Shown here: positions 1-8,103 of the stretch, in pieces
How positions within the stretch are numbered: position 1 is the stretch's first letter
Layout: each line of letters starts with the position of its first letter
Virus record (IMG/VR): IMGVR_UViG_3300033076_001007
Location: 1-37,680 of that record
Reading direction: 5' to 3' (one strand)
Length of the DNA: 37,680 nucleotides
Source of the DNA: a virus
Taxonomy: Duplodnaviria; Caudoviricetes
Notes under the pieces: model-generated
What the model saw: the letters and a program-made list of their open reading frames with translations, nothing else
Databases searched by the model: none
What the model was told of the DNA's origin: nothing
Position numbers and translations under genes: made by a program

Positions 1-426
1 GTCGTAGGCGCTTGCTGCTGTCGTGGTTACGTCGATCTTGGTCGCTGTGCTGGCGTTGCTGAAGGCGTCTACCAGTGTGTAATACACATCGTAAGCCGTG
101 GATGCCGTCAGTCCTGCGATGGTCGCGGAGACGTATGCCCCAGAACTTGCCGATCCGTAGCCGTTAGGTGCCGCTGCGTTGCTGGCATCCGTCCCGGCGA
201 TGATCTGCACTTCGCTAGGTGCCGCTGCCGCGTTTGGCAGGGCGACGCAGTACAGATTCACCGGAGGGTTAAGGTCGGTCGCTATCCCGCCAACGTTGAT
301 GAACGTAGCGCCCGCGCCAGCCGTTACCGTTGAGGTTTCAGCCGGGGGAGTCGTGTCCCCCGTCTGCATCCCCAATGAGATAAACCGGGTAAAGAAACCC
401 GGCACCATGACAGCAGGGCGAGACAT
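1..426 (-). CDS. Putative virion structural/decoration protein with FN3-like domain (3'-truncated by window edge)
   Basis: Not in the ORF track; translated by hand. ATG at 426 overlaps the TGA of the upstream gene (TGATG) and the frame is open to base 1: MSRPAVMVPGFFTRFISLGMQTGDTTPPAE...ATIAGLTASTAYDVYYTLVDAFSNASTATKIDVTT. GLTASTAYDVY resembles the FN3 GLxPxTxY motif. Confidence 0.75.
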   Translation of the reverse strand, partial: MSRPAVMVPGFFTRFISLGMQTGDTTPPAETSTVTAGAGATFINVGGIATDLNPPVNLYCVALPNAAAAPSEVQIIAGTDASNAAAPNGYGSASSGAYVSATIAGLTASTAYDVYYTLVDAFSNASTATKIDVTTTAASAYD

Positions 427-2228
427 CAACCAGTCCTGTTAATATCGCTAGGATTGGTGCCGTCGTTCAGCGTCAGGGTGAACGCCGAAGTGGTCCCATC
501 CAGACGCCGGACGGTCAGGGTCGTGCCGCTCACGTCCTTATCCAGAAGGAACTGCTGAATCGCCAGAAGCGCCTGAGCCACAGTCGGAGCCGCACCGTCT
601 GCCGCATAGCTTTCGGTCATTGCCGTCGTGAGCATCGAGTTGACCAGATCGCTTGCGTTGTGGCCTGCCGATCCGCCGCTGGACCGAATCTCGATGGCGG
701 CATCAATTGTCACCCCGCCAGTGCCATCAAGCGCAGCTTCAAGATTATCCGCTGCCGTGCTGTCACCACTGATCTGGGTAGCGTTGACCGGCATCGGCGT
801 CGTGCCATCGGTGTAGGATTCAAGGTTATCTGCCGCTACCGAGTCCCCGCTGATCTGAGTCACGTTCGCCGGGAGCGGGGTTGCTCCAGATACCGCAGCC
901 TCAAGACCGTCTGCCGCAGCCGTTGCGCCGGAAATCCTTACAGAGTCAGCAAGGACGTATTCACCGAACGAACCCGCCGCAACGTGACCAGCGCGAGCCT
1001 CATCCCACACCGCGTCGGCGATTTGAGCCGTGGTCGCGGCGTCGATGCCAAGCATACGGATTACATAGTTGCTGTCGGTGCTAGGCTGCGTCGTCCATGC
1101 CGGGTCCACCGTGGCAACTTTGCTGGTGCCGTTGTAAGCCGTGATCTGGCGAGACTGACCGATACCAGTGCCCGAAACGATTTCGATAGTAGCGTACTTG
1201 TAGTAGTCCGTGGTCGAACTCGATCCCGTAGCGTCCAGAGTGATCGTCGCGGACCCGCCCGCCTGTGCCGTGCCGTTGTGTGCGGACTGGATCATCGAGC
1301 CGAAGCTGCCCTCTGCCCGATGATCTGCCATCAACTTGTCCCACACCGCCGCTGCGTTCTGAGATGCAGTCGGAGCTGATGCGCCCGGCAAGGTGCCGAA
1401 CTTGCGGACCTGAACCACAGAGGTTCCGTCAAGCATCGTGGCGAGCGTGCCGTTGAGGGTTGCGATACCCGTAGACCCGACGTAATCGCTGATAAATTCC
1501 GACTGGCCTACGCCTGTGCCCCCGATCACCTCAAGAATCATGTTGTTGTAGTAGTCGTCGTCGTTTACTCGACCACCGGACGGCAGTTCCACCGTGGTCG
1601 ATTCGTTGCCGCCAGTGCCGATGGTGCCTGCCAGAGCAATCGCGCCACCAAGCGCCGCACCCGTCGAGCCAGAGGTCAAATGACCGGAGTAGGCTTCGTC
1701 CCAGATGTCGTCAACGCCAGTAGCCGAGAGGCGATAGCCGGTCTTGCTTGCCGTGGTCGGGGTTACTTCGCCACTCGACAGACTGATTTCGCCAGTTCCC
1801 GTACCGCTCTTGACCGTTACCTTCGGATAGCCTGCGGTGTCGGGGGTAGCTACTGCGGTTCCGGTCCACTGAGTAACGCTAACGTCGAGAACGTCCGTAT
1901 TACCGATAAACGAGTCGTAGATGTTTGTCGGAAGCACGCAGAAGTCTAGCTTGACCGGCAAAGCGCCACTCACCGAGACATGAATCTGGCCGCTTCCAAG
2001 CGTGTCAGTGTCGGTCGCATCGAGAACGGCATAGTAAATACCGCCGCTGATATGCGTAGCACCGCCGCTGTTTTTGTTTGCGAGCGTGGTCGCGCCCGCT
2101 TTGTGGATCTTGATGTCGGTGTTGTTGATCGTCAGAGCAGTCTCAGCAGTAACACCGTCGGTCGAGTCAACAAACGGCCCAAGGGCTACTTCCTGGCTCG
2201 CCGTGCTTTGTTTCAGAAAAATAGCCAT
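426..2228 (-). CDS. 600-aa Thr/Ala/Gly-rich putative virion structural protein with internal repeats
   Basis: Long ORF with GAGGA RBS. Repeats: (I/V)WD(E/K) x3, DYY..I.GTG.GQS x2 and ISG(D/A)..AAD(N/G)LE x3. Confidence 0.8.
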   Translation of the reverse strand: MAIFLKQSTASQEVALGPFVDSTDGVTAETALTINNTDIKIHKAGATTLANKNSGGATHISGGIYYAVLDATDTDTLGSGQIHVSVSGALPVKLDFCVLPTNIYDSFIGNTDVLDVSVTQWTGTAVATPDTAGYPKVTVKSGTGTGEISLSSGEVTPTTASKTGYRLSATGVDDIWDEAYSGHLTSGSTGAALGGAIALAGTIGTGGNESTTVELPSGGRVNDDDYYNNMILEVIGGTGVGQSEFISDYVGSTGIATLNGTLATMLDGTSVVQVRKFGTLPGASAPTASQNAAAVWDKLMADHRAEGSFGSMIQSAHNGTAQAGGSATITLDATGSSSTTDYYKYATIEIVSGTGIGQSRQITAYNGTSKVATVDPAWTTQPSTDSNYVIRMLGIDAATTAQIADAVWDEARAGHVAAGSFGEYVLADSVRISGATAAADGLEAAVSGATPLPANVTQISGDSVAADNLESYTDGTTPMPVNATQISGDSTAADNLEAALDGTGGVTIDAAIEIRSSGGSAGHNASDLVNSMLTTAMTESYAADGAAPTVAQALLAIQQFLLDKDVSGTTLTVRRLDGTTSAFTLTLNDGTNPSDINRTG

Positions 2229-2238
2229 TAGTCAGTCC

Positions 2239-2922
2239 TCACGAAATCCCTTGTTGCTTCCGATGGTGCATAAACTCTGGAATGTTAGCCGTGCCTGCTG
2301 CCGCATCTTGAAACCCGACAACGACTCCAGACCATGCCGATGAAACATCAACTGTGAAATCGACGGAGCCAGCACCCGACGAAACACTTTTAGCCACAAC
2401 CCACCACGGTACAGGTCCTGCACTTGCCATTGGATATGCAGTCGCCCCATTTGCGCCTGTCAAAGTGCGGTTGTTGCCTTGCTGCACATAAGCAAAAGCC
2501 ATGCACGCTGTCGTGGAGGTGTACTCCATCGAGTGAGAAGTTGCCGTTCCCTCGCCCGTTGCGTTGAATGACCCTGACGCGGTGCCATCTGCAGGCGTCT
2601 CAAAATCCACAACATACGGATCTGCAAGACCGGACACTTCGAAAGCCATCGCCCAGCAGTTTGCTGATCCTGCAAACGAGACAATAACGCTTGAAACGCC
2701 AGACTCAACGACCTTGTAAGCCCAGATTTTGAAAAGACCGTAGTCATAACTTGAGGTCAGTGTCGCGGAGTTTCCGTTAAACGTCGCCCCAGTTGGTAAT
2801 TGCGTTGATCCGTACCCAAAAATAATAAGATGGTTCCCGTTTGTTGCAGCAGAGTCGAGCGTGCAGGTTATCGACGATCCCGGCCAAGCAGTGTTCCCTT
2901 TTGCCTGTACAATAGATGCCAT
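2239..2922 (-). CDS. 227-aa beta-rich putative virion protein
   Basis: Coupled to the upstream gene by TAATG; Ser/Thr/Gly/Ala-rich like its neighbours. Confidence 0.75.
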   Translation of the reverse strand: MASIVQAKGNTAWPGSSITCTLDSAATNGNHLIIFGYGSTQLPTGATFNGNSATLTSSYDYGLFKIWAYKVVESGVSSVIVSFAGSANCWAMAFEVSGLADPYVVDFETPADGTASGSFNATGEGTATSHSMEYTSTTACMAFAYVQQGNNRTLTGANGATAYPMASAGPVPWWVVAKSVSSGAGSVDFTVDVSSAWSGVVVGFQDAAAGTANIPEFMHHRKQQGIS

Positions 2923-5069
2923 TACCAGTACCCCGGATTCGATCCTTCGCCAGCGATAGGCGTCAGCCCCCCCGGAAGTGGCACCAGTTTAGGGTTGCCC
3001 GGCCCGCCCCATGCCGGTTCGCTAGCTGGAAGCCCCGAGAATGTGTGCCCTACGGTCCAATCATGGTCGCCAGTGTACCCAGCTTCACGCGCACCAAGAG
3101 CCGCCGCCGAATACGTCGGAGAGCCTGCGTAGTACCACCGGCAATTCCTGATACGGCTATAGTCGCAATCTTCTGCGCGAGGAAGATCACCTCCAGTAGC
3201 GGAATACAGGTAGATATCGCAATCCTCTACCATCGCGTAATCGCCACGGTTTGCCGTTGTATTAAGGTTCTCCCAAAGCCATATGCTTTGACCTTCGGCA
3301 ACCTCAACAATTTCGCAGCCAGCGACCCACATAACATCGCCCGTGTCGTTATTGGGGTAGGTTCTGATCGCAACGTATCGGGTGCCCTGAATCCGGCTGT
3401 CAACGCAGATAAACGGGCCGCCTGTGTTGCGAATGCCCCATCCTTCAGCGAATCCAGCGGCGGAACGAGTCATAGCCCCGTGGTAGAAATTAGAGTTTGC
3501 GATGATTACGTTGGTTGCAGAACCCAGCCACGTATAACCGCCAGCAATCACGCGAGAGTTAAGGACCGCGATTTTGTTAGCAGATACGCGAAAACCTTGA
3601 TTAGTCTCTGCGCCACCGAACGGGCTCGCCCCGTTAATGTCGATACCATCAATGGTGATGTCGGAGCAGTTATTCCCACCGCTAATGTTGCCGTCGCGGT
3701 ACTGCCCCATCAGTCCGCCGCTGTGCGTTCCCGGCGTCGATCCTCGGATGCGGATGCGGTGGTGCGTTGTAGAATACGGCCATCCGCCGATCTGAATTGC
3801 GCCGACAGTGATCCCTGCCGGGATAATAACGTCGATGTCCGATGCCGTGATGTTGACTACGCTGGACTGCGACCATGATGCGTCTATGCGAATCACGCGA
3901 CCAGAAACGGATGCCGCACTATTGAACGCAGACGCAGACGTAACGCTGATCGGTGAACCTGACGTTACAGGCAGATCCGGCCACGTGTACGCAAACGGCA
4001 CCGTGCGAGTGCCGTTCGCAGTCAGATCCCACGGCTCACTTGTCGGCGCTGACGTTGTTCTACTTACAGCCGCCCCAGGAACGGATGCGTTGTTAGACGT
4101 ATCAACGTCAATAAGCCGATAGTAATAGGTTGTGGAAGCACTGAGGCCGGTATCCTGCCACGTTGATGCCGTGATGCCTGTCGCCCGGTTCCCGTAGTTT
4201 GTGCCGTCCGAGCTGCGCTGAATCGTGTAAGAGGCGTGATCGCTTGCCGCGCTGGTCGGCAGCGAAAGCGTAATCGTGCTGGATGTAAAAGTGCTAACCG
4301 TCGGGGCGCTCGGCGGGTTTGGTGCGGTCGTATCTGGAGTCGATACAGTGAACGTAAGCGATACGGTTTGCGTTGCGGCTATGCCGTCAGATGCTCCCAG
4401 AGTGAACGCATAGGAGCCGTCAGCGGTAACAGTCCCAGAAAGTGTCTGATTCCTCGCACCCGAGAGAGCAAGGCCGGTCGGCAGGGAACCACTAACCAGC
4501 GAATAGGTAATCGTGTCGCCGTCTGCGTCAGTGCACACTCCGTCCAGCGAGATGTTGACCGCCGAACCGTTGTTGTAGGACCGATTCCCAAGACTCCAGA
4601 CGGGCGCGCTGTTGGCGTTGGTCGTGACAAGCGCAGGGCCGGCTGCAGTCGAATTGTTGCCAGCTGCGTCAAACGCGGTAATCGTATAACTGTACTGCGT
4701 CGAAGGAGACCGACCGGTATCTGTGTACGACAAATTGCTCGTCGTTGCCACCGGCACGCCGTCTCTGAAAATCTGGTATCCAGCGACGCCGATGTTGTCA
4801 GTGCTCTGCGTCCACGACAGGTTCACGGTGGTAGCAGACGCGGCAACGGCAGTCAGGCTGCCCGGCTGCGTTGGCGGGATTGTGTCGCCGCCAGGAGAGA
4901 GTACGCCGTATGCTTTTGCCATGATCCTCGGAAATCTTATCTCGTAATCGCCTGGGCCGTTCTTTGACAGAGACTCGATCGCCTCGTACTCGGACGTGTG
5001 CTGCGAGATCCTGGTTGTTCCCTTCCAGACCTCGATGTAGCCACGTCGCGTGAACTCAATTGTCATCAT
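2922..5069 (-). CDS. 715-aa FN3 + Ig-like + FN3 + probable beta-helix protein (adhesin or receptor-binding-like)
   Basis: FN3 motifs DTIPPTQP..LSWTQSTDNIGVAGYQIFRDG..YTDTGRSPSTQYSY..DAAGN and WQDTGLSASTTYYY; Ig/He_PIG-like DADGDTITYSLVSGSLPTGLAL; C-terminal part has pectate-lyase-like periodicity (DITIDGIDING, NVIIANSNF). Confidence 0.85.
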   Translation of the reverse strand: MMTIEFTRRGYIEVWKGTTRISQHTSEYEAIESLSKNGPGDYEIRFPRIMAKAYGVLSPGGDTIPPTQPGSLTAVAASATTVNLSWTQSTDNIGVAGYQIFRDGVPVATTSNLSYTDTGRSPSTQYSYTITAFDAAGNNSTAAGPALVTTNANSAPVWSLGNRSYNNGSAVNISLDGVCTDADGDTITYSLVSGSLPTGLALSGARNQTLSGTVTADGSYAFTLGASDGIAATQTVSLTFTVSTPDTTAPNPPSAPTVSTFTSSTITLSLPTSAASDHASYTIQRSSDGTNYGNRATGITASTWQDTGLSASTTYYYRLIDVDTSNNASVPGAAVSRTTSAPTSEPWDLTANGTRTVPFAYTWPDLPVTSGSPISVTSASAFNSAASVSGRVIRIDASWSQSSVVNITASDIDVIIPAGITVGAIQIGGWPYSTTHHRIRIRGSTPGTHSGGLMGQYRDGNISGGNNCSDITIDGIDINGASPFGGAETNQGFRVSANKIAVLNSRVIAGGYTWLGSATNVIIANSNFYHGAMTRSAAGFAEGWGIRNTGGPFICVDSRIQGTRYVAIRTYPNNDTGDVMWVAGCEIVEVAEGQSIWLWENLNTTANRGDYAMVEDCDIYLYSATGGDLPRAEDCDYSRIRNCRWYYAGSPTYSAAALGAREAGYTGDHDWTVGHTFSGLPASEPAWGGPGNPKLVPLPGGLTPIAGEGSNPGYW

Positions 5070-5584
5070 CGCACTTCCCGTTGCGCAAGGATGTCTGTCT
5101 TGCGCGAACTCCCAAGCGAAGTGCCGAACCAGAACTGCATCTGCGTCGCCAGCGTCGTGGTCATGGCGCCGACGATCATGTAGACGATCTCTTTACTGGC
5201 GCCTTGTGTTTCGTTGACGACGCCGGTCGCAAGCCCGTACAGCGTGGCGAGCACGCCGCAGAGCACGATCACGGTGAATACGACCTGCGGCCGAACCCCG
5301 GTCGCCCGAGCCATTGCCCTGGCGTCCGCCGTGTCCTGCCGCTCGAGATCCATCTCCCTGAGATCCGCGTCGCGCATGAACTCCTGCATCTTGAGCTCGG
5401 CGACCTTGAGCGAGAGCAGCGCGTTCGGATCGGTCTGCAGCGCCGTGATCACCGCTTCCTCGTTGTCGAGGCCGAGCGCGTCTTGGATGAACTTTCCGGC
5501 AACGCCGCCCAGCGGGCCGCCGATCGCGGCGCCAACAGCGGGCGCGATCTTGGCGATGACCCCCTTGAGCTTGTCGAGCTTCAT
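5066..5584 (-). CDS. Holin, 3TM (GTA holin-like) family
   Basis: IAPAVGAAIGGPLGG N-terminus, D...ARAM, two hydrophobic helices and a WFGTSLGSSRK end; located downstream of the endolysin. Confidence 0.75.
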   Translation of the reverse strand: MKLDKLKGVIAKIAPAVGAAIGGPLGGVAGKFIQDALGLDNEEAVITALQTDPNALLSLKVAELKMQEFMRDADLREMDLERQDTADARAMARATGVRPQVVFTVIVLCGVLATLYGLATGVVNETQGASKEIVYMIVGAMTTTLATQMQFWFGTSLGSSRKTDILAQREVR

Positions 5585-5697
5585 GCGATCAAAGCACCAG
5601 CAATGAACGACACCAGCGCGACTCCAACGATCGACTCGACAGGCCAGCGCGAGACCAGCGCCTCGACGTTGCCTGCGATGCGGGCGATTCTGCTCAT
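5581..5697 (-). CDS. 38-aa small membrane protein in lysis cassette
   Basis: MSRIARIAGNVEALVSRWPVESIVGVALVSFIAGALIA; AGGAG RBS upstream; stop overlaps the holin start (ATGA). Confidence 0.65.
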   Translation of the reverse strand: MSRIARIAGNVEALVSRWPVESIVGVALVSFIAGALIA

Positions 5698-5714
5698 GCC
5701 AGTCTCCTGTTGGG

Positions 5715-5799
5715 CCCGCGGCCGGGGCCAGCGGGAGGGAGGATCCGCTGTCGAGGGGAGGATTGCCCCGGCCGCAGGTATGGACGCGGGCTCGGGGCA
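5715..5799 (-). other. Structured GC-rich RNA element upstream of the 38-aa gene
   Basis: 14-bp stem 5715-5728/5765-5778 enclosing a 6-bp stem 5729-5734/5745-5750; the unpaired parts read AUCCUCCC twice on the minus strand. Confidence 0.5.
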
Positions 5800-5855
5800 G
5801 TGCGTCCCGTGAATCGCCGCCCGGTCAAAAGCCGGCGAAAACCCGCGATAACTCT

Positions 5856-6266
5856 CTACTGCCCGTACCACCAGGCGCGGACATCAAACGAGGGGCACGC
5901 CTTCGCGTCGGTCCAGTCGCGGTGTCCGCTGACCTTTGCTTCCGGGTGGCTGACCAGCAGTTGCTTGACCAGGTGCTCGAGCGCCTGCCACTGAGACCGC
6001 GTGAAGTTTGCGTCCGGCTTGCCGGCGTCGTTGATCCCGCCGACCACGCAGATCCCGATCGAGTCCTGGTTGTGCCCGGCGACGTGAGCTCCGGCAATGT
6101 AGTCGCTGCGACCCTTCTCGATGTCACCGCTGCGCCGGATGACGTAGTGGTAGCCAATGGCATTGAAACCGCGGGCCAAGTGCCACTCGGCGATTTCCTT
6201 CGCACCTATGTCCATTGTCGGCTTCGTTGCCGAGCAATGAATTATCACCCGCCTTATTTCCCGCAT
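5856..6266 (-). CDS. Endolysin, N-acetylmuramoyl-L-alanine amidase (T7 lysozyme-like, Amidase_2)
   Basis: IIHCSAT, IGYHYVI, GAHVAGHN..SIGIC..GG and GHRD...KACPSF zinc-amidase motifs. Confidence 0.95.
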   Translation of the reverse strand: MREIRRVIIHCSATKPTMDIGAKEIAEWHLARGFNAIGYHYVIRRSGDIEKGRSDYIAGAHVAGHNQDSIGICVVGGINDAGKPDANFTRSQWQALEHLVKQLLVSHPEAKVSGHRDWTDAKACPSFDVRAWWYGQ

Positions 6267-6820
6267 GGAACCGCCGCGTTATCATTGCATCATGGAAACA
6301 TGGCTACAAATCAAAGGGTTCCCGGGGTACGAAGTATCCGACCACGGGCGCGTTCGCAGCGTTTCGCGTTACGTGATTCGTAACGGTTCCCAGATGCGGG
6401 TCAAGGAAACCATCCTGAAGCCTCGCGCCCTGCAGAAGGGCCACCTATATGTGAATCTTCGCAAGGACGGAAAAGCCACCAGCGCATACGTTCACAGGTT
6501 GGTTGCTCTGGCGTTTATTGAGCCGCCGGACGCAACCCGAACTCATGTCGCCCACTGGGACGGCGACCCATCAAACAACCACGTTTCCAATTTGAGATGG
6601 GCGACGCCAGCCGAGAACAACGCCGACTCTATTCGCCTTGGGCGCAATAGAAGGCCATCAGGCGAGAAAAGCCGGCACGCAAAACTCACCCGAGCAATCA
6701 TCGCCGAGATGCAGATGCGAAATGCCTCTGGAGAAAGCATTCGATCAATCGCGAAACGTGTCGGCGTGTCTCATACGACGGCACGCGCCGCGATCATCGG
6801 CAAACGTTACAAAGACGAAG
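6228..6820. mobile_element. Free-standing homing endonuclease cassette carrying a recoded endolysin 5' end
   Basis: Peptide MREIRRVIIHCSA is encoded on both sides of the HNH gene (6228-6266 and 6821-6859). Right junction is at 6820/6821; the left boundary is uncertain and may extend to about 6155. Confidence 0.8.
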
Positions 6821-6837
6821 CGCCGAGCAGTGGATGA
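6292..6837 (+). CDS. NUMOD4-HNH homing endonuclease, antisense to the lysis operon
   Basis: METW..IKGFPGYEVSDHGRVRS (NUMOD4), VHRLVALAFI..HWDGDPSNNHVSNLRW.T..EN (HNH) and a C-terminal HTH-like segment. Start placed at 6292 rather than 6265. Confidence 0.92.
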   Translation: METWLQIKGFPGYEVSDHGRVRSVSRYVIRNGSQMRVKETILKPRALQKGHLYVNLRKDGKATSAYVHRLVALAFIEPPDATRTHVAHWDGDPSNNHVSNLRWATPAENNADSIRLGRNRRPSGEKSRHAKLTRAIIAEMQMRNASGESIRSIAKRVGVSHTTARAAIIGKRYKDEAPSSG

Positions 6838-6859
6838 TCACGCGGCGGATCTCTCTCAC
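6821..6859 (-). pseudogene. Stranded original 5' end (13 codons) of the endolysin gene
   Basis: GTG AGA GAG ATC CGC CGC GTG ATC ATC CAC TGC TCG GCG = MREIRRVIIHCSA. The GTG overlaps the upstream stop (GTGA); the frame then reads LRLCNVCR and stops at 6794-6796. Confidence 0.88.
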
Positions 6860-7131
6860 TTGTCCACCTTGCCGTCGAGCTTGCCGTCGATCTGATCGAG
6901 CTTGCGCACCAGGCGCGCCTCAAGAGAATCCATGCGCTGCGCGAACTCGTCCTTGCGGACGTAGTCGCCGGCGACCAAGACCTCGATGCGCCCGACCTTC
7001 TCGGCGAGCTTCTGGTCCTGCGCGTGGAGCTCGTTGACAGATTTCCACACGGTATTGAGCCACCACCCGCCAGCGGCTCCGAAGATGCCGATGACTATGT
7101 TGAACAAGTGTTGCCAGTCGACCTGAGTCAT
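6856..7131 (-). CDS. 91-aa single-TM plus coiled-coil lysis-cassette protein (holin/antiholin-like)
   Basis: Hydrophobic LFNIVIGIFGAAGGWWL followed by a charged coiled coil; coupled to its neighbours. Confidence 0.75.
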   Translation of the reverse strand: MTQVDWQHLFNIVIGIFGAAGGWWLNTVWKSVNELHAQDQKLAEKVGRIEVLVAGDYVRKDEFAQRMDSLEARLVRKLDQIDGKLDGKVDK

Positions 7132-7364
7132 CGCCGCTCGAGATCCCTGATTCTCGTGTCCTGCTTCTCGGCGATCGCGTCAAGACGACGCACGGCGTCC
7201 TCGAGCAGCACCAGGCGCTTCTCCGCGTCGACGTGGTGCTGCTGCAACTGGTCCGCGAGCGTGCGAATCAACCCGGTCACTTTGACCGCGGACATCCAGA
7301 CGACGCCGGCCCAGGCCGGGAATCCGAGCGACAGCGCGAATTCGAGCATCGTGCTGTCGAGCAT
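7128..7364 (-). CDS. 78-aa single-TM plus coiled-coil protein, first late gene
   Basis: GGAG RBS, N-terminal hydrophobic segment, heptad-like C-terminus, ATGA overlap with the next gene. Confidence 0.7.
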   Translation of the reverse strand: MLDSTMLEFALSLGFPAWAGVVWMSAVKVTGLIRTLADQLQQHHVDAEKRLVLLEDAVRRLDAIAEKQDTRIRDLERR

Positions 7365-7398
7365 CGTGGACTCCGGCTTGGTTGTTCTTGTTGACCCG

Positions 7399-7425
7399 AA
7401 AAAAGAAAACCCGGCAGGGCCGGGT
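7399..7425 (-). terminator. Intrinsic terminator, tR'-like
   Basis: Minus strand ACCCGGC-CCT-GCCGGGT followed by TTTCTTTTTT. Confidence 0.8.
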
Positions 7426-7453
7426 CGTAGAGACAGTTCTAGTTGTGACCGAT

Positions 7454-7482
7454 CTTATACAGCATACGGACACGTTTGTCAA
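7454..7482 (-). promoter_or_regulatory. Sigma70 late promoter, pR'-like
   Basis: TTGACA (7482-7477), 17-nt spacer, TATAAG (7459-7454); the -35 overlaps the stop codon of the Q-like gene. Confidence 0.75.
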
Positions 7483-7901
7483 TCGATCTCTTCGTATCGA
7501 TTCACCACGCCTATCGCGGCGTCGATGGTAATCCTGGCCCGGAGCGCCAGGCGCCGGCAGGTGTCCTTCTTGACCCCGGCTTCCAGGCACCTCTGGTCGA
7601 GGTTGACCGGCGCGTCCCGGTACGCGCCCTCGTAGACCTCGAGGCACCACACCTCGCGCGGCCGGCGCAGCCGGTGCTCGGCGATCGCACGCTCGATCCG
7701 CTCGACCACGCGCCAGTCGTCGACGGTCGGCGGCGACCATCTGCCGTCGTCCTCGATGACGTCGACCTTCGACAGGCGCGCCGGTTGATACCACGGCACC
7801 TGACTCGGGTATCCGAGCTTGGGCAGCGCGCTCGACTGACGCATGGCCCACAGGTGCCAGTAGTACGGGTCGAGGTTGGGGCGACTACCGGGACGCTTCA
7901 T
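7479..7901 (-). CDS. Putative antiterminator Q-like late regulator (140 aa)
   Basis: GGAGAG RBS before MKRPGSRP; LWA...LGYP motif and C-terminal HTH-like segment; directly upstream of promoter, terminator and lysis genes. Confidence 0.6.
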   Translation of the reverse strand: MKRPGSRPNLDPYYWHLWAMRQSSALPKLGYPSQVPWYQPARLSKVDVIEDDGRWSPPTVDDWRVVERIERAIAEHRLRRPREVWCLEVYEGAYRDAPVNLDQRCLEAGVKKDTCRRLALRARITIDAAIGVVNRYEEID

Positions 7902-8103
7902 TGCTCTCTCCGACAATGCGTCGAGCTTCCGGCTCGGATATTTTGAAGAGTATCCACGCGTCGTCGCTGCATCTGTGGTAGAGCTCGACGTAGCGTTTGC
8001 AATCCAGGCAAACAAACACGCGGTCATGCCACGGCGACGGAATCCATCTGAATGAGCCATCCAGAAGCCACTCGCGTCTTAGCACCTCTGCGATTCTACT
8101 CAT
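7885..8103 (-). CDS. Hypothetical 72-aa protein
   Basis: MSRIAEVLRREW..CLDC; ATGA coupling at 8100-8103 with GGAG RBS. Confidence 0.65.
   Translation of the reverse strand: MSRIAEVLRREWLLDGSFRWIPSPWHDRVFVCLDCKRYVELYHRCSDDAWILFKISEPEARRIVGESNEASR

Noticed and set aside
6267-6820. Group I intron in the endolysin gene
   Set aside because: The HNH is antisense and fills almost the whole insert, leaving no room for a ribozyme core, and the downstream gene is complete without splicing.
7902-8060. Longer 193-aa start for the Q-like gene
   Set aside because: It overlaps the coupled 7885-8103 gene; ATG 7901 has a better RBS.
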